Shown here: positions 37,413-45,827 of the stretch, piece after piece
Numbering within the stretch: the stretch's first letter is position 1
Layout: every line of letters starts with the position of its first letter
IMG/VR virus record: IMGVR_UViG_3300028558_000016
Span: 372,001-436,000 of that record
Reading direction: 5' to 3' (one strand)
Length of the DNA: 64,000 nt
Notes under the pieces: model-generated
Databases searched by the model: none
What the model saw: only the letters and a program-made list of their open reading frames with translations
What the model was told of the DNA's origin: nothing
Program-made: the position numbers and the translations under genes

Positions 37413-38080
37413 TGAAATATAAATTACGTGAAATAAAAGATGGAATATTCCTTGCCGAGTTCGATAATCATTACGACTTGGCAATGACCTTTTTAAGGTA
37501 TCAGGAATTTTATGAATCTGCTAATCCCAAATTCAAGGGAAGAAGATTCATCATACTTGATTACATGGAATGGTACAGCAAAAATCATAAAGGATTATTC
37601 ACATATCCTGCGGATTGGGCAGGGTTTAATATTCCAATGAGCGTGGTATTTGAAGTTCAATCCTCTTATCCTGGAATGGGACCTATAAAAGACTTCAACA
37701 AGTATGATGAGTTGATGAAGCAGATCGTTCTCAAGATAGAAAAGAAGAAGGAAAGAAAAAGCAACGGTTACCGTTCTATGGGAAAGAAATACATCATAGG
37801 AGCTTTGGAAGGAAAAAAATCAGTTATGAAGCACGAAATAGCTCATGGCTTGTATCATGTGTATCCTTATTATAAGATTGACATGGATAAGCTTTATTCA
37901 AAACTATCCAAGGAGAGCAAGAAGAAATTGGAAGTTGAATTTGAGTCAATGGGTTATCATAAATCAGTTTGGAAGGACGAAGCTCAGGCATATCTTTCAA
38001 CTGGAGATTATTTGACACCTGAAGAAAGAAAACCGTTTCAGGATTTATTAAAGAAGTTTTTAAAGGATGTCAAGCTCTGA
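37412..38080 (+). CDS. HExxH-motif protein
   Basis: HEIAH...DEAQAY. Confidence 0.6.
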   Translation: MKYKLREIKDGIFLAEFDNHYDLAMTFLRYQEFYESANPKFKGRRFIILDYMEWYSKNHKGLFTYPADWAGFNIPMSVVFEVQSSYPGMGPIKDFNKYDELMKQIVLKIEKKKERKSNGYRSMGKKYIIGALEGKKSVMKHEIAHGLYHVYPYYKIDMDKLYSKLSKESKKKLEVEFESMGYHKSVWKDEAQAYLSTGDYLTPEERKPFQDLLKKFLKDVKL

Positions 38081-38756
38081 AAAATATAATTTTTTTCCAT
38101 TTAATATACGTGACAAGAAGTATAAGAAAGTCACTTATAAAAATAGGTGCGTTCTTGTTCCGCTTGAAGGAAATAAAGATTATCTCAGACATTTATGTGG
38201 TTATGCAGTGTTTAAGAAAACTGACATTCCAAAAGATTGGTGGGGAAATTATAACGCACCTGGATTGCAAGAATTAAATGTGCATGGTGGAATAACATAT
38301 TGCAGACAATTTAAAGTTCCAAACCAAGCTAAGATAGAAAAGAAATTTCATGATCAAATTGATGCGTTATATGACATCTCAAACAGAGAAACTTATGACC
38401 ATGAAAAAGTTTCTAAAAGGATGAAAGAAGTGAAGAGGCTGGAAAAAGAATGCAACGATGAATTGTCAAAGAGCGATGAAGGATATATTGTGTTTGGTTT
38501 TGACTGTGGACATTATAGGGATGCAGAGAATCCAAATCTAAAAGATCCTAACCATGTAATGATATTGACCGAGCAGATGGATACGCTGCTCAAAAAATTT
38601 AAGGAAAGTTACGAGGATTATAGAGATGCGGATGGAGTGACAAAACATGTAGTTAGAAAATCCATCATGGCAAACGTAAACAGAGAAGCAGAAATTCAAT
38701 GTGAGTTAGGTTTTGGCGGACTTATTAATTTGCTTTCAGGAGAAACAGAAGATTAA
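38067..38756 (+). CDS. hypothetical phage protein
   Basis: CGY...VHGGITY...GFDCGH motifs. Confidence 0.65.
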   Translation: MSSSEKYNFFPFNIRDKKYKKVTYKNRCVLVPLEGNKDYLRHLCGYAVFKKTDIPKDWWGNYNAPGLQELNVHGGITYCRQFKVPNQAKIEKKFHDQIDALYDISNRETYDHEKVSKRMKEVKRLEKECNDELSKSDEGYIVFGFDCGHYRDAENPNLKDPNHVMILTEQMDTLLKKFKESYEDYRDADGVTKHVVRKSIMANVNREAEIQCELGFGGLINLLSGETED

Positions 38757-38773
38757 CAAATAAAATAAATAAC

Positions 38774-40069
38774 ATGAAAAAAACAGTAATCATTATTGGA
38801 GGTGGAACAGTATCTCACGTCAGATCACATCTCGCCTTAGCTGCAGTTGCGTATGGAACTACAGCAAGACATTTAAAAGCAATTTGCGAAAGCCATTCGG
38901 ATAAATTGGACGTCAAATTACATCTAACCAAAATGGCCGAAGGTTGGGCAACAAAGGATGGAATGGAAACAGCCGAAGATGTTGCAGCCTTAGTTCAAAA
39001 ATTAAAAGCTGATGTGAATGTGAAGATCATATTCTTTAATCCCGCCTTGGTGGATTTTTCTGGAGAAGTTACCGGACATGCTGCTTATAATACTAATGAC
39101 TCTTTCACTAAAATTGAAAGCGGAAAGTATTCTAAACGTTTAAACAGCAGAACTGGAAAAACAAGCATTGAGTTGTCTCCAAAAGAAAAGATCATAAAAG
39201 AAATACGCAACGGAAGAAAAGACATCTTCCTTGTTGGGTTTAAAACAACATGTGGTGCAACACAAGATGAACAATACATAGCAGGATTAAATCTTTTGAA
39301 AGAATCGAGTTGCAATCTTGTTCTTGCCAATGATACCAAAACGAGATTGAACATGATCATAACTCCAGAAGAAGCGAGATACCATGTAACAAAAAACAGG
39401 GATGAAGTTTTGGAGATGCTTGTTGAAATGGCATACTTAAGAAGCCATTTGTCTTTCACTCATAGCACAGTGATTGCCGGTGAAGCTATTCCATGGAAAT
39501 CAGAATTAGTTCCAGACTCATTAAGAAAAGCAGTTGATTATTGCATTGAGAAAGGTGCATACAAAGAATTCAGAGGTTCTACTGTTGGTCACTTTGCTTG
39601 CAAGATAGATGAGAAAACCTTCTTGACGTCTAAACGTAAAACAAACTTCAATGACCTTGAGAAGAATGGTCTTGTTAAAGTTGTCGTTAATGGCAAGGAC
39701 ACTGTTATTGCGTATGGAGCAAAACCTTCCGTTGGTGGACAATCACAGAGAATAATATTCTCTGAACATAATGATTATGATTGCATCGTACATTTCCATT
39801 GTCCTAAAAAAATAAATTCACCAGTTCCTTCTGTATCACAAAGAGAATATGAATGTGGAAGCCATGAGTGTGGCAAAAACACTTCTAATGGTTTGAAACG
39901 CTTTGGTAATCTTTCTGCTGTTATGTTAGACAATCACGGGCCAAACATTGTATTCAATCATACTATTGATCCGCAGGAAGTAATTGATTTCATTGAAGCC
40001 AATTTTGACCTTGCTGGAAAAACCGGTGGTCCAGTTAAACTTGAACAAACATTACAAACTTCGTTATGA
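38774..40069 (+). CDS. CoaB-like domain fused to class II aldolase/adducin-like domain
   Basis: GGGT, LVGFKTT, LVLAND; KPS, IVHFH, NHG. Confidence 0.7.
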   Translation: MKKTVIIIGGGTVSHVRSHLALAAVAYGTTARHLKAICESHSDKLDVKLHLTKMAEGWATKDGMETAEDVAALVQKLKADVNVKIIFFNPALVDFSGEVTGHAAYNTNDSFTKIESGKYSKRLNSRTGKTSIELSPKEKIIKEIRNGRKDIFLVGFKTTCGATQDEQYIAGLNLLKESSCNLVLANDTKTRLNMIITPEEARYHVTKNRDEVLEMLVEMAYLRSHLSFTHSTVIAGEAIPWKSELVPDSLRKAVDYCIEKGAYKEFRGSTVGHFACKIDEKTFLTSKRKTNFNDLEKNGLVKVVVNGKDTVIAYGAKPSVGGQSQRIIFSEHNDYDCIVHFHCPKKINSPVPSVSQREYECGSHECGKNTSNGLKRFGNLSAVMLDNHGPNIVFNHTIDPQEVIDFIEANFDLAGKTGGPVKLEQTLQTSL

Positions 40070-40284
40070 AAAAAATAATAACATGCATCCTACTTGGAGC
40101 CGCATTGTTTTCAAGCTGTGGTCCATCTGCTGAAGAATTAGCAGTAGGCAGAAAGAAAAAACAAGACAGCTTGACATTAGAAATTCTTAAAGTACAATTA
40201 CGTACTCTTGATTTGATTGGAAATCTAAACAAGAAAGTTGATGCAGTAGACAAGGATCTACAGGATCATTGTAAAAATAAATGA
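40066..40284 (+). CDS. small lipoprotein
   Basis: LFSSC lipobox. Confidence 0.65.
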   Translation: MKKIITCILLGAALFSSCGPSAEELAVGRKKKQDSLTLEILKVQLRTLDLIGNLNKKVDAVDKDLQDHCKNK

Positions 40285-40889
40285 CTCTCGAAGAAGCCAT
40301 AAAATCTGCAGACTCTCGTTCGAGGAACATGAACCTTCATTGGTTTGTGTGTGAGTGGAATGATGGTTACATCATCCATTCTTCCTCGCACATGATAAGA
40401 TTTCCTGACACAAAGTATGTGTGGAGTACAGGAGAACTTCAATCGTGGAAGGTGATTTACGATGAGGAAGAAAGAAAATTTAAACATGTTGTAAAGAAAT
40501 TAAAAATGGAAAAAGAAGAAGCTTTAGAAATAGCAAAACAATTCATCGACGGAGAAAAATTGTTCATGCAAATGTCAAACGCAGTTCCTGCTATAATAAC
40601 CCACAGAGGAAAGCAATTGCTTGGATCTGTTTCAAGCATAATTCCAGCGGATCCTGAGATTGTGTTATGCGCACATACCAGCTTTCCAGTTGGACAGGAG
40701 ATCATAGATGCCGTAAAAGAAATATCTCCAGACAGATTGTTGTTATCGATAGACGATGAACTCGATTTGGCGCCTCGTCAGGATGTTATGAGATTGGTTG
40801 GAACTAATCTAACGAAGATGACTCCGTCCCAAACTAAAGTGGCGCAAGAGGAATTAAAAGGAAAAGACATCATTGAGATCAATGGCTGA
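40281..40889 (+). CDS. hypothetical protein
   Basis: ORF track. Confidence 0.55.
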   Translation: MTLEEAIKSADSRSRNMNLHWFVCEWNDGYIIHSSSHMIRFPDTKYVWSTGELQSWKVIYDEEERKFKHVVKKLKMEKEEALEIAKQFIDGEKLFMQMSNAVPAIITHRGKQLLGSVSSIIPADPEIVLCAHTSFPVGQEIIDAVKEISPDRLLLSIDDELDLAPRQDVMRLVGTNLTKMTPSQTKVAQEELKGKDIIEING

Positions 40890-41121
40890 TTATTACTGTG
40901 ATAATAAAAGACATCTTGTTTGCATTCCATATTCAGTGGAGAATTTACATGAGATGGCAAAGGATCTTGAAATAAAAAAATGTTGGTATTCAATCAAGCC
41001 TTGGCCGCATTACGATATTCCATTAAGACGAATTGATGAGATACAAAGTAAATGCAATGTTGTTAATTTCAGAGACATAGTCAACATTAAAAGAGGCACT
41101 TTTAAAAATGAGAATAAATGA
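40882..41121 (+). CDS. DUF4031-like small protein
   Basis: HL...LHEMA..L...W...PHYDI. Confidence 0.6.
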   Translation: MADYYCDNKRHLVCIPYSVENLHEMAKDLEIKKCWYSIKPWPHYDIPLRRIDEIQSKCNVVNFRDIVNIKRGTFKNENK

Positions 41122-41542
41122 AGGTGACATATTAGTATGCAAGCCTGGATATTGGGGACATGAAGATAATCCAGCAAAATCAGATAATGTAAGACCAAAA
41201 GAAAATCCAACTTATGGTGGAGCAGGGTACATAGATGGATTAATGCAAAAAGCATCATCAAGCTATAATGGTGAAGATCCATTTGATCTTCACGTTTTTT
41301 GGAAATTTCACAATGAAGCTGGAGTATTTTCAAGAGCTGTAAGACTTGCAAACGAAGAAGAAAAGAAAGCGTATAAAGAAGGAATAAGAAATGCTAAAGA
41401 TATTCAACGAACAACTTTCAAAATATCATACGTTTCCATTGATGGTGAAAACAAGAATGTTGAAGTAGAAGCTTTTTATGAAACTGCCGCAGTAAGCTCC
41501 ATAAAAGATTTAAAACGAGTCAATTATGTCATTTCTGGTTAA
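41108..41542 (+). CDS. hypothetical protein with shared C-terminal F.I.Y module
   Basis: FKISYVSIDGENKNVEVEA...IKDLKRVNY. Confidence 0.6.
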   Translation: MRINEGDILVCKPGYWGHEDNPAKSDNVRPKENPTYGGAGYIDGLMQKASSSYNGEDPFDLHVFWKFHNEAGVFSRAVRLANEEEKKAYKEGIRNAKDIQRTTFKISYVSIDGENKNVEVEAFYETAAVSSIKDLKRVNYVISG

Positions 41543-41551
41543 TAGAGAAAA

Positions 41552-41631
41552 TAAATTTTTTAGTTTCAGAAATAGTTCCTATATTTGCAGATATAAACAT
41601 TGAAACAATTTTAAAAAGAAAAGGTATATAG
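41552..41631 (+). promoter_or_regulatory. conserved operon promoter block
   Basis: TTTTTTAGTTTCAGAAATAGTTCCTATATTTG...GAAACAA...GGTATATAG. Confidence 0.65.
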
Positions 41632-41638
41632 TTTAGAA

Positions 41639-41745
41639 GATTGCTTACAGCAAAACAAAATGGTTAAAGAATCACCGAAAGGTGGTTTTTTCGGTTCGAT
41701 CCCGAAGCTCTGAGATTACATCAATGAGTTTTAAGGCAATCTGAA
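41639..41745 (+). ncRNA. CAGCA-motif element enclosing a tRNA-like core, copy C
   Basis: GATTGC-TTACAGCAAAACAAA...TGGTTAAAG...GGTTCGATCCC...GCAATC-TGAA. Confidence 0.55.
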
Positions 41746-41766
41746 AGACATTAGAATAACAATACA

Positions 41767-41850
41767 ATGAAGAACAGGAATCACATACACAAGCATCAGA
41801 TATGGCATAGAGATATGTCGGGCTTGGGTGTTACCTGTACTTTGAAGTAA
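41767..41850 (+). CDS. attenuator leader peptide, His/Trp (27 aa)
   Basis: MKNRNHIHKHQIWHRDMSGLGVTCTLK*. Confidence 0.85.
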   Translation: MKNRNHIHKHQIWHRDMSGLGVTCTLK

Positions 41851-41906
41851 GTATTGGTTATTTACGAAAGTAAAACCTCAAGGCCTAAAACCTTGAGGTT
41901 TTTTTT
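41823..41906 (+). terminator. attenuator: antiterminator and intrinsic terminator
   Basis: CTTGGGTGTT can pair AACCTCAAG; terminator AAAACCTCAAGG-CCTAAAA-CCTTGAGGTTTT-TTTT. Confidence 0.82.
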
Positions 41907-41914
41907 ATTTACAT

Positions 41915-41997
41915 ACGTCGGTGTCCGAGCGGTCAAAGGTAGCGGTCTCCAAAACCGCGGAGTTTCTCCATCGTGGGTTCGAATCCTACCCGGCGTG
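41915..41997 (+). tRNA. tRNA-Trp(CCA), long variable arm
   Basis: GCGGT-CTCCAAA-ACCGC; G73; GGAGTTTCTCC arm. Confidence 0.88.
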
Positions 41998-42018
41998 CAA
42001 AAATTAAAAGAAGAAAAC

Positions 42019-42363
42019 ATGAATGCAACAGATGTGAAGAAAGAGCTTTACAAAAGCAAAGTGACAGCAAAGTTAACAGACATTGTTAATGGAACAATGT
42101 TTTATTCTGTTCAATTGGAAGATGGCTTATATCGTTTCCCAATAGTTCAGGTGAAAGAAGTTGGTGGACCATTATACAGGCTTGAGGCAAAAACACAAAC
42201 AAGCCCAACAGTTTCTTTGACGTACACGAAACTCGAAGAGAAATGTTATTCACTTTCTTCTGATCTCGGAAGCACTCCTTTCTATCCTGAAATGAAAGCT
42301 TCTGAATTAAACAGGTGGATTGAAAAGGCAATAAAGGATGGAGAGTTTGTGAAGTTGTATTAA
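42019..42363 (+). CDS. hypothetical protein
   Basis: MNATDVKKELYKSK..., start placed after the tRNA. Confidence 0.65.
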   Translation: MNATDVKKELYKSKVTAKLTDIVNGTMFYSVQLEDGLYRFPIVQVKEVGGPLYRLEAKTQTSPTVSLTYTKLEEKCYSLSSDLGSTPFYPEMKASELNRWIEKAIKDGEFVKLY

Positions 42364-42373
42364 TGGAAATTAT

Positions 42374-42463
42374 GGTGCAGGTATCCAAGGGGTTGAAGGG
42401 ACCAGGCTGTGGACCTGGTTGAAGCGAAAGCTGAACACGCGAGTTCGAATCTCGTCTTGCACC
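42374..42463 (+). tRNA. tRNA-His(GTG), long variable arm
   Basis: G-1:C73; CCAGG-CTGTGGA-CCTGG; AGCGAAAGCT arm. Confidence 0.85.
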
Positions 42464-42468
42464 CACAT

Positions 42469-42543
42469 GTGGATTGTAGCTCAATGGTAGAGCGCTGGTT
42501 TGTGGAACCAGATATGCGGGTTCGATCCCCGTCTTTCCAACCA
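42469..42543 (+). tRNA. tRNA-His(GTG)
   Basis: CTGGT-TTGTGGA-ACCAG; G-1, A73; two U.U mismatches in the acceptor stem. Confidence 0.8.
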
Positions 42544-42552
42544 AAAGAAGCA

Positions 42553-43185
42553 ATGATGAAAGAGTTAAAGTTAGATAGCACGTACAAAGGAACGAGAATT
42601 CTTGTAGGAAACGAGAAGCGTGGAATGATCAATGACATGGTCATGATTTTATTGAATCAAGGCTTCACTGAGATTTCCATTCCGATCATTCAGTTGCAAG
42701 AAACATTTGCAGGAAAGGTTGGAGAAGAAAATAACAATCTAATGTTCAATTTTAAAGATCGTGGAGAAAGGAATGTTTGCTTGGCTCCTGAATACACAGC
42801 AGTGATTCAACAATTGGCAAAGACGAAATACAAACAAGAAAAGGACGTAAAGCTTTTCTATGTGCAAGAATGTTTTAGAGGAGAAAAGCCTCAAGCAGGA
42901 AGATACAGACAGTTTACTCAATTTGGAGTTGAAATTTTAAATCCAAAGAAAGAAACTATGGAAGGATTAAAAGAATTAGCCGTCAGCCTTTTGTCCGGTT
43001 ATGATTTCAAATTCAACGTCAACAGTGATGTGACGAGAGGTTTGGATTATTACAAGGACGGAAAAGGATTTGAGATCACATGCGATGAGCTTGGATCAAG
43101 CAAACAGATTTGTGGTGGAGGTTCTTATGAAGGTGGAATGGGTTTTGCAATTGGAATTGATAGGATATTAAAAACACAGTCATGA
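42553..43185 (+). CDS. hisS: minimal histidyl-tRNA synthetase (catalytic core only)
   Basis: LAPEYTA, FRGEKPQAGRYRQFTQFGVE, RGLDYY, GGGSY, GFAIGIDRI. Confidence 0.9.
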   Translation: MMKELKLDSTYKGTRILVGNEKRGMINDMVMILLNQGFTEISIPIIQLQETFAGKVGEENNNLMFNFKDRGERNVCLAPEYTAVIQQLAKTKYKQEKDVKLFYVQECFRGEKPQAGRYRQFTQFGVEILNPKKETMEGLKELAVSLLSGYDFKFNVNSDVTRGLDYYKDGKGFEITCDELGSSKQICGGGSYEGGMGFAIGIDRILKTQS

Positions 43186-43913
43186 AATATTTAGTAGGAA
43201 TACAGCCAACAGGAAAGATCCATATTGGAAACTATATGGGTTGCTTAGCAAAGGGGTTGAGATACCAGGAGCAGGGACACGAAGTAACGTTTCTCATTGC
43301 CAACTATCACAGCATGACGACAGACTCATACTCTGATGTGACTGAGAAGGAATTGAGAATGCTTGGATGCAAGAACATTGTGCACCAGACTCCGGCTTAC
43401 ACTGAATTGTTCTTCAAGCTTTGTTGCAAGATGAACCTTGGAGTTTTGCAGAAGATGCCTCAGTACAAGGATAAAAAGGAAAGTGTTGATTTCGATATGG
43501 GGATTCTTTTATATCCAGTTCTAATGGCAGCAGACATCATCATGAATGATCCTGATGTTGTGTTGGTTGGAAGAGACCAGGTTCCACACATGGAATTGAC
43601 GAACGATATTGCAAAAAGAGTTGGAGTAACAAAGAGGTTTGAATACGAGCTTGGGGATGTTGAAAAGGTGATGTCGTTAATTGATCCAACAATGAAGATG
43701 TCAAAGTCATCTGGCGAAGCTCACGTGCTTTACCTATTTGACGAGGATTACAGTAACAAATTGAAAAGAGCAAACATGAACGGAGAAGGACTCATTAATA
43801 TACAAAAGATAGGAGACTTCTTTGGAATAGAAAGAAACGATATGAATTCCATATACAAAGAAAATATAGCAATAAAACTGTCATCGGTGTTCGGCACCGT
43901 CCCGGTGACTTAA
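43182..43913 (+). CDS. trpS: compact tryptophanyl-tRNA synthetase
   Basis: GIQPTGKIHIGNY, YPVLMAADI, VGRDQ, KMSKS. Confidence 0.93.
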   Translation: MKYLVGIQPTGKIHIGNYMGCLAKGLRYQEQGHEVTFLIANYHSMTTDSYSDVTEKELRMLGCKNIVHQTPAYTELFFKLCCKMNLGVLQKMPQYKDKKESVDFDMGILLYPVLMAADIIMNDPDVVLVGRDQVPHMELTNDIAKRVGVTKRFEYELGDVEKVMSLIDPTMKMSKSSGEAHVLYLFDEDYSNKLKRANMNGEGLINIQKIGDFFGIERNDMNSIYKENIAIKLSSVFGTVPVT

Positions 43914-43935
43914 ATAAAACCGGTGCCGTCCAAAT

Positions 43936-44020
43936 GGGCGTGTACCGGTGGAATCTTATACATTCTATACCCGTAGTCTGGTCGTTGAAAACGGGGGTTC
44001 AAATCCCTCCACGCCTACCA
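43936..44020 (+). ncRNA. D-arm-less rearranged tRNA-like RNA, anticodon TAT (Ile)
   Basis: GGGCGTG/CACGCCT+ACCA; GGAAT-CTTATAC-ATTCT directly after the acceptor strand. Confidence 0.6.
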
Positions 44021-44052
44021 AATTTAGCTTCATGAATTATGATATATAGTTC

Positions 44053-44589
44053 ATGAAGCATTTACAGACATATCAGCAGCTTAACGAGAGCATGATAGAT
44101 TCCAATTTGAAGAAGGAATTTGCATTTACCCTAAAACAAATGGATGAAATTTCCAATGCAATACTCAATGCAAAAGATTTCAAGAACAGGGTAAAGCTTA
44201 TGAAGAAAGAAAACCCAGATATTGGAAAAGCTATGGGAGATTACAAAGAATATCTTGATCTCGCCACCAAGGTGCAAAAAATAGTAAAACAAATTAGATC
44301 AAAAGGACTTTCTTCAGACAGAAGAAAAGCGACTAAACAATTGAGAGCCATCCAGGGGTTTTCTGGTACACTTAAAACAGTTTTCGATAATTTGAATAAG
44401 TTTGATAAAAAAACCAAAAAGGGTTTTGAAAGCAACGAAGGAATAGCAACCATCATTGGAAATACATTAAGAAATATATTGACTGGTCAGTTCATAGTTA
44501 ACATATTAAAAACCATAAAAGGAAATTTAATGGATTCACAAGCAGAACTAACTACTGTGCAAGATGTATTTGATATAAAAGATTATTAA
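44053..44589 (+). CDS. hypothetical protein with capsid-targeting-like N-terminus
   Basis: MKHLQTYQQLNES; GATATATAG upstream. Confidence 0.6.
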   Translation: MKHLQTYQQLNESMIDSNLKKEFAFTLKQMDEISNAILNAKDFKNRVKLMKKENPDIGKAMGDYKEYLDLATKVQKIVKQIRSKGLSSDRRKATKQLRAIQGFSGTLKTVFDNLNKFDKKTKKGFESNEGIATIIGNTLRNILTGQFIVNILKTIKGNLMDSQAELTTVQDVFDIKDY

Positions 44590-44590
44590 T

Positions 44591-44830
44591 ATGCAAAAGA
44601 TTAAGGACGCTTTAAAATGGATGGTTTGTACCAAGCTTGGATGGTTGATAATATCATTCTTATGGATTGGTGTGTTCATGATAATAAACGATAACATAGA
44701 ATCTGGATGGGCCTTTTGGGTTGCAATTCCAGGATTCGCATACATCATAGGTTTATTCCTTGTCATGATGTTTTATGCGGTAAAGAATACGATAGGAGAC
44801 ATAAAAGAAAATAGAAATGAAAAATCTTAA
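44591..44830 (+). CDS. small membrane protein
   Basis: two TM segments. Confidence 0.6.
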   Translation: MQKIKDALKWMVCTKLGWLIISFLWIGVFMIINDNIESGWAFWVAIPGFAYIIGLFLVMMFYAVKNTIGDIKENRNEKS

Positions 44831-45113
44831 AAAGTTCGGTGAGTTAAACGAGGGTGGATTAGGTTATGAAAACAACAAAACGCTTCCTCCATCTGGGACA
44901 CACATAAAATATGTTGCTGACACAACAGATCCAAAGACCAAAAAAATTCTCAAGATTATTTGGAATTCATGGGACGAGGCAAAAAGGAAACAGATGCTTA
45001 ACAAAATGGGACACAGCGAAAAGTATTTTGATGCTTCTTTTGAAGACCTGACAGGAGAGATCCAAGGAAAGATCGTAATGCTTGATGCCTCATTGCCAGA
45101 AAACAAGCGATAA
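44817..45113 (+). CDS. hypothetical protein with capsid-targeting-like N-terminus
   Basis: MKNLKKFGELNEG. Confidence 0.6.
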   Translation: MKNLKKFGELNEGGLGYENNKTLPPSGTHIKYVADTTDPKTKKILKIIWNSWDEAKRKQMLNKMGHSEKYFDASFEDLTGEIQGKIVMLDASLPENKR

Positions 45114-45115
45114 AA

Positions 45116-45190
45116 TAAATTTTTTAGTTTCAAATATAATACCTATATTTGTAAAAGATTAAGAAACAAAGAAAACCGCAAGGTATATAA
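45116..45190 (+). promoter_or_regulatory. conserved operon promoter block
   Basis: TTTTTTAGTTTCAAATATAATACCTATATTTG...GAAACAAA...GGTATATAAG. Confidence 0.65.
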
Positions 45191-45197
45191 GATACAA

Positions 45198-45281
45198 ATG
45201 ATGAATACAGTAAATATTACCCGAATTATTAGGATTAGACGCAGATCAGCGACTCGCCTGGGTAGTATTATTTTATCATGA
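45198..45281 (+). CDS. attenuator leader peptide, Ile/Arg-rich (27 aa)
   Basis: MMNTVNITRIIRIRRRSATRLGSIILS*. Confidence 0.85.
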   Translation: MMNTVNITRIIRIRRRSATRLGSIILS

Positions 45282-45345
45282 AAGTTTTAAGGATTTAGAA
45301 AACTATGAATGGAATAAGCCCAGGACGAAAGTTCTGGGCTTTTTT
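45257..45345 (+). terminator. attenuator: antiterminator and intrinsic terminator
   Basis: CCTGGGT(45257-63) can pair GCCCAGG(45318-24) of AAGCCCAGGAC-GAAA-GTTCTGGGCTT-TTTT. Confidence 0.85.
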
Positions 45346-45395
45346 CATTTTAAAAATATCGAAAATGAAATGGTTTAAGAAATTACAGGAAATAA

Positions 45396-45479
45396 CGGCA
45401 CGTACTCAGACCATCCTGATAAGATGGATAACTTGTAGCGGTGTTGCAAACGTGGGTTCAAATCCCTCCGTGCCGACCA
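45396..45479 (+). ncRNA. D-arm-less rearranged tRNA-like RNA, anticodon GAT (Ile)
   Basis: CGGCACG/CGTGCCG+ACCA; CCATC-CTGATAA-GATGG 8 nt after the acceptor strand. Confidence 0.65.
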
Positions 45480-45760
45480 TGAAAAATATGTTGTATAAAA
45501 CCGCAAGAAGGTCGTTGTCAAAAAAGACAAACAGACATTTGAGACAAACCACGTTTCTCTACGAGATGTGTGGAAATGATTTTCAAAAGCTGTTAAAGGT
45601 GGAAGAGAGATTGAAAAATTATTTTCTCTTTTATTGTCCAGGCGATCCTGAAGAAGTGGAAAAAGTTTTGGCATTGCCTGAAAAATTTTTATTGAACGAT
45701 AAGAAGTGGCAAGATGGATCAAAATATTTTTGCTTAGAAGAATTTTACGACGGAATGTAG
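45479..45760 (+). CDS. hypothetical protein
   Basis: MKNMLYKT...; stop TAG lies inside the next tRNA. Confidence 0.55.
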   Translation: MKNMLYKTARRSLSKKTNRHLRQTTFLYEMCGNDFQKLLKVEERLKNYFLFYCPGDPEEVEKVLALPEKFLLNDKKWQDGSKYFCLEEFYDGM

Positions 45761-45824
45761 CTCAGTTGGTTAGAGCACCCGCCTGATACGCGGTAGGTCG
45801 GCAGTTCGAATCTGCCCATTCCGA
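45751..45824 (+). tRNA. tRNA-Ile(GAT)
   Basis: CCGC-CTGATAC-GCGG; CGGAATG/CATTCCG. Confidence 0.9.
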
Positions 45825-45827
45825 CAG

